Notes under the pieces: model-generated | The model's input: the letters and a program-made list of their open reading frames with translations, nothing else | Databases searched by the model: none | Told to the model about the DNA's origin: nothing | Program-made: the position numbers and the translations under genes | Origin: Rhina ancylostomus | Lineage: Eukaryota | DNA length: 64,000 nucleotides | Assembly: GCA_030265395.1 (NCBI GenBank) | Contig: JARFYF010000059.1 | Location: 8,260,895 to 8,324,894, forward strand | Direction: 5' to 3' | In this document: piece by piece, positions 25,399-37,249 of the stretch | How positions within the stretch are numbered: the first letter of the stretch is position 1 | Layout: the number at the start of each line of letters is the position of its first letter

Positions 25399-26271
25399 CT
25401 GCAATAGGTCACACATTTCAAAACTTTAGTGTTGGTCAACATTTAGCATTCTCTCCAATACGTTTTTACTAACATCTGATCAAAGCCTTGCACTTTACAT
25501 TGAAAATTAACATTATCTATTTTTAAGTGATATTAGTTGAGTGATGAAGGTTGCCAGAATAAATGAGAAAGCTCATCACTTTCCTTCGGATTGAGCCATG
25601 GGATCCTCAGTGTCCGGTATAAATAAGTGTATGGACAAATAGGATCTTGATTAAGCAACTGTACAGAACTCCTCCAGACTTCAGATCAGATATCTAAAAT
25701 AGTGCTCATCTACTAAACAGGCTAGGTGGACATAAGCTTCACTGTGGAACTGCAGGATTGAATCATTTTTCCCCCTATGCCATGCTATTAAGGATGGGAA
25801 TGTGCAGCGCAAGGGTTCTTGATTGCACAAAACTAGTATCGTAACTTTAATCATCAAATCCATGAGAAGGTTGAAAACAAGTTTTCACACTAATCCCAAG
25901 TAATGTCATACATCGTTGCTGGAGACACAGAAGAGGAAATAAAGAGGTATCAGAGTAATAATACAGATAATTTGTCCATGAATGGCAAATGGACATCTAC
26001 TCCAAACATAATGTCCTTTTCAGGACATGCAAATGCTTCTGTTCAGAGTGCAGTATTTTAATGTTGCACGTTGGGATCTTTTCTTTCACCATCTGCCTTG
26101 GACTTAGGTATCAATTGCTGCCTGTCTAAAAAGTCATTAGAGGAAAAACAAAACAAACCATAAAACAATGAAGATATTTCTGGTCTCTCTGTAGCAATGG
26201 TCTTCAAAATACAAATTATTCTATTTTCCAATGTTAGCACCATACAACATTTCTGAATTGGATATACTTAC

Positions 26272-26410
26272 TCTTTTTTAGGCTCCTCTGAAGATTTTAT
26301 TTCTTTCTCTTCATCGCCACTTTTTTCTGCTTCCTTCTTTTCCTCCTCTTGGGCTGAAGTGTCATTTTCTGGTTCCTCCTCCGCCGAGACAGATTCTTCA
26401 GAAGTCACAT
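26272..26410 (-). CDS. HP1BP3: HP1BP3 coding exon 2 (DVTSEESVSAEEEPEND...SSEEPKK)
   Basis: Acidic exon similar to human DISSEESVS...KSSEETKK; CAG acceptor (an alternative in-frame AAG acceptor lies 6 nt upstream), GTAAGT donor; phase 1 to 2. Confidence 0.9.
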
Positions 26411-27339
26411 CTGCATCTTAATGTATGGAAAAGAGTAATTATTGCAGTACTTGAAATCTGAGCAAATTATTATTTGGCAATTATGTTTCTGACAAATATA
26501 AATGTCAATCACTATAATTAAAAGTTCTGATGCAATCCAAGAAATTGTTTCCCTAGTCCCAACTGTACAGGAACAAGTTGTACTAAGGAGCAGAGCCAAT
26601 CCTGTGGGCCCCTCCTCACTAAAGATGGGTACACTTCATCTTCAACAACCGCACAGTTCAGTTTATCCAAGAAGGATCTTGCAGTCGTTCTACTCCTCAT
26701 CTAGACAGTTGCCCTTTATTAGGTGATTTGCTGGTAAAAGTTAACAACCCCAGGACAAAGAAACAGACGAACCTTTGTGGATGACATTAGTAAGCCAAGT
26801 CAGCTGCCAAAACATAAGCAGTGGCCCAATTTCCAGCACAGACACTTGATCTTGGAACCATTTCATAGACCATTTCCAGTAACTGCAAACTATTACCAGT
26901 AATACCNNNCCAGTAATCCCATTCTCACAACCATTCAGTAGAAAGAATATTACTGAAAAGTCTTCAAGTTTAGAATTTCAACAATACAAAAAGGATGTGC
27001 CAGAAGAATGGAATCTGATAAGTGTTCTACTTTCCATTTGCAATTACAGTGATCGTTACACTAATTTATACAGAGCAATTTCCAATGAAAAATTTAAAAG
27101 ATTGGCATTAGCTTTTTGACACACGTAGACACCAAGAACCATATTTTTTAAATATACAAATGGTAATAGCCCCAGCAAGAGTTAAATCAATTGCAATCTC
27201 AACTGCTTCTTTACAACAAACTTTGAATAAAGTGGCTGCCATGCTTCCTGCACTGTAATAATCATTATACTTTCACAATACTTTGTTAGCTGCAAAGGAG
27301 GTTTGGGACATTTTTAAGTAGAAGTTGTTATATAAATGA

Positions 27340-28200
27340 AAGACTTTTCTTTCCTTCTGTATCTAGCTTGAGATAGAGATGAATTGCAAATGGTTCAGCC
27401 TTGTCCTTGACCGTCTCATTGTAAAGGATGGGAATGTTCTTAATGCCTCTTCTATCCATTAGCTGGTTAATTGTCTGGCACATGGCAGGACTGCAGATCT
27501 TTGGTAATCTGTCAATTGCAAGATTGGTCTGTTTTGTCCAGTAAATATAGCTGTTCAGCATGCACCTAATCCTGCAGTGCCTCTTTGCCAAGTTTCATCT
27601 TATTTTTAGATATGACTTGTACTGCCCCCATCAAGGACCAGTGCACCAGGACTGAACCCATCTTGATTGTAATGGTCTAATGTGGGATATACCAGGCCAC
27701 GAGGTTACAGATCATCGTAGAATACAACACTGCTGCAGCTGACATCCATAGCCAACTCCCGATGGTTGCCCAGTTTTGAACTGCCATCTCCATTCTGAGT
27801 CTATCCTAATGATAGTGCCACACAAAATTTAGCATGCTTTTAATCTGAAGATGGAAATTTATAGTACAGTGGACACTTCTACCAATGCTGATGTCTACAA
27901 CAGTAGATCGGTGATGAGGTCAAACAGATTTATCCCTCATTGTTGATTCACTCACCATGTCCAGCAACAATGACAGCAATGGTGCCACTGAGCCAACTCT
28001 TTGTAATAGCCATTGCACCCCAATCCAGAGTACGTTTTATGCTTCATGCTTCCTCAGAGTTGTTCAGCATGGAAAGCCGAATCACTACTTGAGGGAGGTG
28101 GCAAGCAATCAGCCTTCCTTGGCTGTGTTTGACTCAATGCCATGAGTACTCATGGGGTCCAGAGTCAACACAGAGAATTCTCAATGCCACATTCCACCAT
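27340..28200 (-). mobile_element. Degenerate LINE fragment, same family as 1800-3200
   Basis: 27665-27740 is the reverse complement of 2685-2755 (cagcag...acaatctgtaacctcatggcctgacatatccc...accattac). Confidence 0.6.
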
Positions 28201-28574
28201 GCTATTATATTAGTGGGTCAAAGCAATGGAGCTTTAGCTCACCTTTACTGAAAGTGTTATTTCTGAAAGTGTTATTTCATTTTGGCATACTGAGCTCACA
28301 CTTAATCATAATTCCCTTCCAAATGGCCTAATCTTCCATGAAGTTAAAGCATACATATTTAAAATCAAGAAACTTAAATCAAATAAGCAACTTAACCAGT
28401 GCTTTCCAATTTCCTACTGGCTGTTTCTTCACAATGCCATAACAATGCCACCTGACTTGTACCAGGTTAAGCAGGAATAGGCTCAGTGGATATTTGACCA
28501 TATGTGGCAACTATGGGACACCTGAGGAAGTCCAAAATACCCCAGAGGTCTCCTCTTGGAGGCAAGCAGCACAG

Positions 28575-28869
28575 TAGATATAATATCTTTATTAGTCACA
28601 CGTACATCGAAACACACAGACAAATGCATCTTTTGCGTAGAGTGTTCCGGCGGCAGTCCACAAGTGTCGCCACGCTTCTGGCGCCAACATAGCATTCCCA
28701 CAACTTCCTAACCCTCACGTCTTTAGAATGTAGGAGGAAACTGGAGCACCCAGAGGAAACCTATGCAGCCATGGGGACAACATACAAACTCCTTACAGAT
28801 GGCAGCCGGAATTGAACCCAGGTCGCTGGCACTGTAATGGTGTTACACTAACCACTACACCACTGTGCC
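28575..28869 (-). mobile_element. Full-length tRNA-derived V-domain SINE with Rex1-like 3' tail
   Basis: Minus strand: GGCACAGTGGTGTAGTGGTTAG (A box)...GGTTCAATTCC (B box), central GGTTTCCTCTGGGTGCTCCAGTTTCCTCC (V-SINE block), tail ...tgtgtgtttcgatgtacgtgtgactaataaag. Confidence 0.85.
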
Positions 28870-29694
28870 TGACCCTCTGACTTTGCTCTGAAGTCCTGAC
28901 CTATATCTCAGTTAAAGTGTGTAAACGCCAGAATATTAGTCTCATATTCTCTCTCAAGCCTGATCTACAGAGCTATTATCACTTCTTGAATTGATTTACA
29001 TTACTTCCTTCTAACTTGCTACAAGACCTATTGCTGGTGAAATTCTTTACCAATTTGCCTGCCCTTTCCAATGTCCTGCTATCAGAACCCATTAAATTCC
29101 CCTAATTAAATTGGCCAATTCCATCAACCTTGGTCACATTCTCCACTGAATGATGAGCTGCTCAAGTTTTTTGGTCAACCTGCTTATAGTTGAAGTGAGC
29201 TCTCTGAAACCCTCACTGATGCTAGAAGACCATTATAGTTGCCCAAGACCAAACATCATTTGTTCAGTAGATCACAAACTTCACATTGCTGGCTAGTTGC
29301 TAAGACCAACCAATTTTAGTTACTATATCAATGATCAAGTTTCAAAGACAGGAGTGAGGCTGTTAGCTAATAATTCTATCATTAGCACCTTTATTAATAA
29401 AGTGAGCGACCAGCTAGCCTACTGTATCACCATAGAAACATGCATGCAGCTTGAAGTGAGATTTATTTGGTCCAAATATAAGTAATGGACACCTTGAACA
29501 AATAGAATGCCAGACATGTACCCTAACTTTAGGCAACACCATCAATATCTTGGAGGTGGTGGGGGTAGGGGAAAGAGAGAGAGAGCAGGAATGTGATGAG
29601 TACCCACTTTTGGTAACCTGACCCCTGTCTTAATTAATCTCTCACACAAAAAACAACAATCATTTTGAAAACGAAACTTAAACATGACTTATAC

Positions 29695-29761
29695 CTGTAG
29701 TAGGCTTGTTTCTTACTGGACTCTCCTGCGCTGAGGGACTAGCATTCCGCCGAATAGGCAT
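29695..29761 (-). CDS. HP1BP3: HP1BP3 first coding exon (exon 29695-29785, ATG at 29761): MPIRRNASPSAQESPVRNKPTT
   Basis: MPIRR matches the conserved HP1BP3 N-terminal motif; acceptor AG at 29787-29786, donor GTAT at 29694; phase 1 fits the next exon. Confidence 0.88.
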
Positions 29762-31169
29762 GTTTACAATGATAGAATGAACGACCTGTTAAAGAAACTG
29801 CATAATAAGGTTTCAGCCAAAATATTATTTTGAACAGCATTTTATAACAACGATGGACAGGGAACAGGGACAGAAGGACTAACACTGTGCCAAGATTAGT
29901 GAATCAATGGACATCAACTATTATAAAGAAACAAACCCAGCATTTCAATTTTATGTGCACCATTTATAGATGTCTAACTGCAATTTGTAATTGAACAAAA
30001 TGTGCAAATAGCATAATAACATTAGCTGAAAAGAATCTAATATTAAATGAACTGCATTGAATTGTCAAAGAATGGACTAAACTTTAAACAGAAATACAAC
30101 TTAGAGTGAGCTGCGAGTTGTGTGCTTTGTAATGATAATGAAGTAGAACTGCCTATTTACTAGACAATTAATCTTTTAAAATCTTACAAAATCTGGATTT
30201 ACAAGAGTAAATGGATGAAATCTTCAAATTACTCAGATGACAATAAGCGTAGCAGGCATATTTCTCGTTGCACAGGTGAGCCCTTGTGCACAAAGTTTAA
30301 ATGTCAGTTACAGCATTCAGATTACTACAAGGACCCAAGTGTTCCCAATTATACCCTGTAAAAGAAGTAATGGAGGGAAGGGCAGGAGACAATACAGATG
30401 TGAAAATAACTAGTGTTATTGAAGTCATGTGTACATTATCAGAGATTTACCTTGATGTCAAATGCAAAGTTGTCAATGAAATAGCTCAGCCTCAGATGCG
30501 ATGGTGACAGACTTATTTTACAATTAGGAAACAGGGGCTTACAAACAGGTCTAGACTGGTTTCAGTCTACCAGATATTTAGTTGGAGCAAATCTCTTGCT
30601 ATCCAGTACCAGAAATCAAACAAGCAGTTTGACAATTTGAAGAAAGTGAGCCAAGAGATATGATAGTGGGGTACAGCCAGGTTGACCAGCTGACACACGT
30701 TGCAGATTTTGAATGGTTGCCCAAGGTAGGTCTGTAGATGAGATCTGTGGAGATGCCAAAGTTACCATGGGCACAGAAGCAGAATTTTTATTGCTTATCT
30801 GGCTGGATGGATGAAAATTGGTCAATTTATTTGAGGGAAGTTATTAGGTTCTGATAATGGGAGGGGAAGGGGAAGGGGAAGGGGAGTCCATCAAGCTGGA
30901 CACCACAGGAGAGGTAAACTATCAAAGGGTACAAACAGATCCCAAAAAAAGGTAGAAAATTTATCAAAACTAGTTGCCTGGTACTGTCAAAAGCGTACAA
31001 CTAATCTGTCTTCCTAATGTGCTTTAAGGAACACTGCCATCCTCACCAGGACTATCTATATGCAGCTCCAGTTCGTTGTCTGTGTGGCTGAATCTTAACC
31101 ACCAAGTAAACTGGTCCAGCAAGTCAATTCAAAGCATCAACTGCTGCAAACCGGGACACCAACAATTTA

Positions 31170-31305
31170 ACAGCTTGCTGGAGGAACTCAATGAGTCAAG
31201 CGGCATGAGAGGAAAGGAATTGTCAACAATTTGGGTTGAAACCCTGCATCCTGATACACGCAGAATTTGTTCATTCAGCCCACTGAGTGTGCTCCACCAC
31301 TCAAT
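31170..31305. mobile_element. Short inverted Penelope-like terminal-repeat pair within a SINE-like fragment (about 31000-31530)
   Basis: gctggaggaactca...ttgggttgaaaccctgcatc (minus arm) followed by ...cccactgagtgtgctcca (plus arm). Confidence 0.55.
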
Positions 31306-31899
31306 CATGGCTTGTTTTTATACCATGGCTCTACAGTAGCTCTAGGTTATGTTCTGAAATGTGATCTTAAAATCTCAAATATTTCACTAATGTTCTTCAG
31401 ACAAAGAATTGAGCTGAACCAACACAATTTATCTACAATTGCTTCTTAGTTCAAAGATATTTGGTTTACCATTAGCCTGGATTAGTCCAATAGTTAATGG
31501 TTGATGTGAACTAGGGATGGACAATAAATGTCAAATTGCCTGGAATATCCAGATTCAGAAAATTTATAGATATTAAACTGTTGGCAATTTACATGAATGA
31601 ACGTTACGTCACAATTTAAAATACCAACTAAGGTTGGAAAAATCAATGCCAAATTGCCCTTAGTTAGAAAATGGGAAAAATGCTGTGTTCTAATACATAT
31701 GTAGCTGTAGAAACCTTACAAGAATGAACATTTCTCAAGACTTCTCTTAATTACATTATGCCAGAAGAGCTTACATTTCTAGGTAAATCTGTAACCAAGT
31801 AGGTCCAGAAACATAACTGCACACTGTAAGTGAATGAGGTGACTACTTAAGACACAAGGACGTGCAATAATGTTTTGGAGAGAGGGGAGATCAGGCATA

Positions 31900-33300
31900 A
31901 AACAGAGCTTGTGGCACGTAGCTTGGGCTGTCCAGTGGGAGTACAGGGACGAGCCTCAGCTGCGGCCGAGCCTTTCGGAGGAGGGAGGCTTCCTCCAGGG
32001 GACGGAGGGGGCCCCAGCGCTGCAGGGGCGCATGCTCAGTGCCACCCCACGGAGCAGCCCCTCAACAAAAGCAAACAAGCGCCTTCATTNNNNNNNNNNN
32101 NNNNNNNNNNNGAAATAACCGACTCCAACTGCCCGCAGCCACACGCAGCGCCGCTCCCCGCAGCCGAGGGAGCAGGGCAGGCGGGGGGCCCGTGCGCCCT
32201 CCCCGGGCGGTGGGGAAGGGGGCGGGCGGCGGCACCGAACCCGCTCCCACATCAAAGCCCCAGCATCAAAATGGCGCTCCGAGCAAACACAAACATTGCA
32301 GCGGCCCGCTGCCGCCGCTCCCCCGCCCGCCGCCCCAGAGGGGTGGCGCGCCCCTGCCGTTGTTTTATTACCCGGCGGACTCCTCACGTCGGCGGCCGCC
32401 CCACTCTCTGCCTCCTCCCGCTGTGCCTGCAGCCCGGGCTCTGGCGCCTCTTCACCCTACCTGCCTCCGGCCGGAAACGCCGTCACCCAACCGACGGTGC
32501 GCGCAGCAGGATTCAAACAAAAACAAATGGAAATACCTCCCACTGACAAACCATGCCCCTCCCGCAAAAATCCAGCGGGCGCTGTGAATTACCTCGCCTT
32601 AAATTATTTACATTGATAAAATCAACCGCGTTTTTTCTCTTTTGACCGTTTATTTTTTTCCGTTTTACCCTCAAAAACATGGCGGGGGCGGGGGGTGTTG
32701 CCCCTCACCAAGATGGCGACAAAGGCATCTTGCCCCTCAGAAAATGGCAGCCGCGGTGGGGCGGGTGCCCCTCACAAAGGTGGCAGTCACCGTGGGTTTT
32801 GCCCCTCACAAAATGGCGGCCGCGGGGGTTCTGCCCCTCACAAAGATGGCGCGCTGATCTCCAACATCACCCCCTCCCCCCGTCATTTTTTTAAACATAC
32901 TTATTTCCTTGGAGTTAAAAAGTGCACCTGCAAATTCCAAATACACGCTTCATTGGAAATACCGAGAGGATGTTTTCAACCAGAGACTATTGCTCATTTA
33001 TATTAGTGTTTCAACGCACAGGACCCTCGGGCGTTGGTGCTGACTCCTTCCAGCCGAGGGCTCCGCCGGCCGCCTCCGGGCAGAGGTAATGATTAATAGT
33101 TAATGTTTACTCTTCGGAAGCGAGGGGCGACATTTCCAGGCGCCGGCTGAACCAACCGGCAGCCCCCGCCTCTCGCTGACCACCATTTACATTTGAAAGG
33201 GCCAACTGAATGGCGGCGCGGCCCATCCCATCCAATCCAATCCCGGCCGGGCCCCAGCAGATCGTTGTGTTCACATGGAGCCCGGGGCTTGGCTTCACCT
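31900..33300. promoter_or_regulatory. CpG island / HP1BP3 promoter and probable non-coding first exon(s)
   Basis: Abrupt GC- and CpG-rich stretch in otherwise AT-rich, CpG-depleted DNA, about 2.2 kb upstream of the first coding exon; GC boxes, GCGCATGC (NRF1-like, about 32028), CCGGAA (ETS-like, 32471), several AAnATGGCG (YY1); candidate minus-strand donors at 32592 (AG|GTAATT) and 32460 (AG|GTAGGG). Confidence 0.85.
32666..32851. repeat. Phased array of six roughly 20-bp repeats TGCCCCTCACAAA(A/G)ATGGCG (YY1-like motif) with variable spacers
   Basis: Units start at 32666, 32699, 32731, 32766, 32800 and 32832 (period 32-35 bp); spacers are dissimilar. Confidence 0.9.
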
Positions 33301-33449
33301 CAAACATGAGGGATTTAACCAGGAACAGAACCAACCGTGGGGCAGTATCCTTTCCAAAGAATATCTCCAAAATGGGAGAAGTATTTTATGGGAATGTTTT
33401 CATGTTTGCAAGAGGTTATGCCACAAGAGTAAGCAACAAAGCTAACATA

Positions 33450-33645
33450 AAAAGAGTAAATACTGGAAACACCCAGCAGCTCAGGTAGCATCTGTGGAGG
33501 AAAAGACGTGTGGATAGGAAAGGTGTAGAGAGATATGGGCCAAATGCGGGCAAATACTAAGTAAGTTTGGTAAGGCAACTTGGTTGGAGCGAAGAAGTTC
33601 GACTGAAGAACCTGTTTCCATGCTGTGCAGCTCTGTGACTCTAAA
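33450..33645. mobile_element. Penelope tail fragment (minus) abutting a CR1/HER1-type 3' tail (plus)
   Basis: ctggaaacacccagcagctcaggtagcatctgtggag, then gatatgggccaaatgcgggcaaa...gaagaacctgtttccatgctgt...tgactcta. Confidence 0.55.
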
Positions 33646-33859
33646 GAATCAACTGTCAAATCTGGGCCAAGGAACGAAAGTTTCTAAACTTTCTCAAATA
33701 TTTAAGTGAATGGTTTACTCAGTATTGATTTATCTAAACACTATCTTCCCCACACTGTTAATGATGAAAAGTAAAATCAGGATGGATTTAAAATAAAATA
33801 ATTTTATCCCACGTTAGTGGTTAGACTTGGCTCTGTTTGTAGAATGAAGCATTGAGAAT

Positions 33860-34955
33860 TACGAGACAAATGTTCCCGGCTGGAGCCATACCTCACATCA
33901 AAAAATATGGTTCTTGGACGTCATTTATTCATCCCGAGGTTGTTACTGCAGGACTTCCTCACGGCAGAGGTTCCTCAGGGTAAGGTCTTAAGCCCAGCCA
34001 ACGTCAACTACTTCATCAATGGCTTGCATTCAATTGTGAAGTCAGAAGTGGGAAAGCCATTTGCAATTCTTTATAAAACAAGGCAGCCCATTCCTGCAAG
34101 TGGCAAGTTTGGATGCCATGGGCAGATAAATGACAACATTTATGCCACGCAACTGCCAAGCAATGACCATCTCCAAAGATAGAGTTAGGCATAGAGTTAC
34201 GGCCTGTTTCCATGTTCTTCAGCTCACCGGGACTGCATCAACCATCAATCACCCATTTACACTAATCCTATTTAGCTTTTCCTATCCTCGTGTTCCCATC
34301 AGTTTTCTGTACATCTTTCGGAATGTAGGAGGGAAACTGGAGCACCCAGAGGAAATAAACAATCACAGGAAGAATGTGCAAACTCCACGCAGACAGCACC
34401 AGAGGTCAGCATTGAACCTGTTCTCTGGTGCTGTGAAATAACAGCTCTATTCACCTTGTCAATGCGCTGCCCAATTGCATCTTCCCAATGTTAAGTGGTA
34501 TTACCATTGAGTCCCTCATTCTGGGGGTCACTATTGACCAGAAATGTAACTGAACTAGTCATATAAACACTACTGAGACAATGCTTGGTATCTTGCAACA
34601 AGTGACTCATCTCCTGACTTCCCAAAACCATTTGACAAGATACAGATTGGGAGTATGATGCAATACTCTTTACTTGGTGTAGAACTACACTTCTCCAGCT
34701 TAGGCCAAAGAGCACCTCCTAAACCTGTGAACTCAATCACCAAGGACATGGGTAGCAGATGCATCAGAACACTACCAGCATGTTCTCCTGCAAATCAAGT
34801 GCTGTGCTAAATTGGAAATATAATGCCAATCCCTGCTGTAAATTGTGGAACATCTTACCTAACAATATTGTGGATGTACTCTCAACAAGTGGACTACTGT
34901 TGCTCACCACTACATTTCCAAGGGCAATTAGTGATGAGCATTAAATGCTGACTTA
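33860..34955 (+). mobile_element. Degenerate LINE reverse-transcriptase/3' region with nested SINE (about 34180-34472, minus)
   Basis: EVPQGKVLSPANVNYFINGL resembles the RT motif GVPQGSVLGP..F..FINDL; the nested SINE has ggaaactggagcacccagaggaaa and a B-box remnant attgaacc. Confidence 0.7.
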
Positions 34956-34989
34956 TGCACTGATCCTGACTGGTTACATCATAGTCAGG

Positions 34990-35475
34990 TACCGCATTTC
35001 AAATGCACAGGACTGTAAGAAGCTGCAGAGAATAGTGGACTCGTCCAATACAGGCACATCCCTCCCCACATTAAAAGTATCCTCACAAGGTGCTGCCTCA
35101 AGAATGCAACATTTATCATCAAAGATCCCCACCATCCAGGCTGTGCCACCTTCTCATAGCTACCATCGGGCAGGAGGTACAGAAGCCTGAAGTTCCACAT
35201 CACCAGTTTCAAGAACAACTATTTCCCTTCAACCATTTGATTCTTGAACCAACCAGCACAACCCTAACCACTACTTCAGTATAGCAACATTATGAACATC
35301 TTGTACAACAATGGGCTTTTTTCTGTTCTAATTGTGTTCTTTCTTATATAATTTGTGTTTTTCTTGTGAAAGATATGCCTCTACTGCTTTGTGCCTGTGA
35401 TGCTGCTGCAAGTCAGTATTTTTATTGCACCTGTGCATACATGTACTTGTGTATATGACAATAAACTCGACTTTG
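34990..35475 (+). mobile_element. Rex1/Babar-type LINE 3' end (second subfamily)
   Basis: AQDCKKLQRIV..., IIKDPHHPG, SGRRYRSL, FKNNYFPSTI remnants across frames; tail tgacaataaactcga. Confidence 0.75.
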
Positions 35476-35959
35476 ATGCTCATACCAGTATATTAAGTTT
35501 AAAACGTACGGGTAGGTTAATTTGGGATTAAAATGGGCAGCGCAGACTTGTTGGGCTGAAAGGGCCTGTTACTACGCTGGAAGTAAAAATTTAAAAAACA
35601 TTTTTTAAATACAGTAGCAGAGAATAAAATGGAGGAAAATCTGGTGCCGCCACAAGTCAAATGTGCATATTGTATATATTGACTGTTCCCAGGTGCTGGA
35701 TTCTCCTTTCCTCCTCACCTCTCCCCGTCCCCAGCCACTGCCACTGCCCTCAACCATGCTGAACTTGTTTTCATATTGAAACTGTTACTATGGGAACACA
35801 AACAGTTTCTGACTCAGTCTGCCTTCTTGTGGAATATATGGAACATTTTGTTTTACAGTTCCACTCAGGTTGCCTCCCTTCCTTTTTCTTGGACAATGTT
35901 GACTCATCCGATCGGTCCAACTCTTGCACTGAAATAGAAAATTATTAAGTTTGCTGAAA

Positions 35960-36820
35960 ATTAAAATAAAACAGTAAATGCTAGAAATCTAAAATAAAAA
36001 CCAAATGTGCCAGAAATACTCCGGTCAGGCAGTACCTGTGGAGAGGAAAACAACCAATTACTCTTCATTAGAACCCAGCATCCACTTAAAATTTCCATTC
36101 TTCCCACCTGATCTTTTTCCTTGCTCAGCTTCTATATCCTCATTTCTCCCAATAATTCATTGACCTATCAGCTTTAAGCCTTGACAGTCATCTGCTCTGT
36201 GGAGGTATTCCATTGAATTTGCCCATTTCCTTGTTCTCCATCAAAGTTCAAATGAAACCATTACCTTTCTCATCTTAATTCCATCTTCCATTGTATTGCA
36301 TTCAACATCCTTCAATGCCATTTTAACACCCATTCTCTTCTTTGAACTTTCTGGGGATACTGTTTCTAGTCACATCAGCCTATTCCTCAGTCACTCTTAA
36401 CATTCTTTCCCACAGACCTTTCTATACAAGTTCAGGACATGTATTGCCTGCCCTTCCCACCATCTGCGACTCCAAAAATTCCTTCTAGATGAAGCAATTT
36501 ATGTACTTTGAATTTAACATGCTATATTCACTGTTTATAATCCATCTCTTCTACACTGGGGAGGCAGCTTCTGGAAATGAAGTGCAATGTGAACCTGACC
36601 ATGCCTTATTTTAAATTAGGCACATTTTGCCTTGTGCTCTGTTTTGTCATTTGTTTCCTGCCCTCCACATTATCTTAGAACCTCCCTTTTGTTATTTCCT
36701 TCCATTGCCTACTCTGTACTTGCATATTAACTTGTTATCTCTACATTTTCCCAGTTATGATGCAAAGTCAATAACCTGAAACATCAACTCTCTCCACAGA
36801 TGCTATCTAACCTACCAAAT
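35960..36820. mobile_element. Inverted Penelope-like element with degenerate GIY-YIG motif
   Basis: Minus terminal repeat at 35960-36075; plus arm has an NLxYxIxC...LYxGE-like remnant at about 36511-36565 and a hammerhead-like cagtt-atgatgc-a...gaaac-atc-aact at about 36752-36790. Confidence 0.6.
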
Positions 36821-36949
36821 TCGGAGCTCAGATAGGTTACCATTGCACAAAGTGGATCATAATTTGGCACACAGCAATTGTGAACACACCTGCCGAATAT
36901 CACACTGAACGTCCACAGAATCAGAGGGATAAGAGCATGCTATTTGGGC

Positions 36950-37150
36950 CCTGAAATAAAATTGAAATCTGGAGGTCAGGCAGCATCTACAGAGAGAGGA
37001 AGAGAGTTAATGATTCAGGTCAATGACCCTTCATTAGATCTGGTCATTGATCTGAAATGTGAACTTTGTTTTTCTCTCTACAGATCCTGCCTGACCTGTT
37101 GAGTGTCTCCAGGATTTTCTGTTTTTATTCCAGATTTTCAGCACCTACAG
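36950..37150. mobile_element. Head-to-head inverted Penelope-like terminal-repeat pair
   Basis: aggtcaggcagcatctacagagaga...ttcaggtcaatgacc is mirrored by ggtcattgatctgaa...tctctctacagatcctgcctgacct; centre near 37038. Confidence 0.75.
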
Positions 37151-37249
37151 TTTGTTTTCACTCCTCTACATAGCCCCTTGTACCTATTCTATCATTCAAT
37201 GATATTATTAAATTGAAGATCTGACTCCACATATCTAACTTCTCCCCAC

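Larger units (their letters stand above)
12308..29785 (-). other. HP1BP3: HP1BP3 gene span (coding exons; stop codon hidden in N-gap 12074-12307; non-coding first exon probably in the CpG island at about 32.4-32.9 kb)
   Basis: Eleven exons join in frame with GT-AG boundaries into more than 514 codons resembling vertebrate HP1BP3 (MPIRR..., KKTIPSWATLSASQLAR, three GKGASG/GKGFSG winged-helix H15 repeats, acidic stretch, basic tail). Confidence 0.97.

Noticed and set aside
28248-28278. 15-bp tandem duplication CTGAAAGTGTTATTT
   Set aside because: Ordinary slippage duplication in an intron.
28800-28869. tRNA gene
   Set aside because: A and B boxes are present but continue into a V-SINE body and tail; no complete cloverleaf, so it is a SINE head.
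30857-30885. (GGGGAA)n G-quadruplex-capable tract in HP1BP3 intron 1
   Set aside because: Short simple repeat with no supporting evidence of function.
32666-32851. CRISPR-like repeat-spacer pattern
   Set aside because: Vertebrate context, no cas genes, repeats of about 20 bp with 12-15 bp spacers are too short; better explained as a transcription-factor motif array.
31870-33006. Long GC-rich ORFs (up to 223 aa) in several frames
   Set aside because: Typical stop-poor CpG-island artefacts with low-complexity Pro/Ala/Arg/Gly content and no recognisable domain; several span an N-gap.
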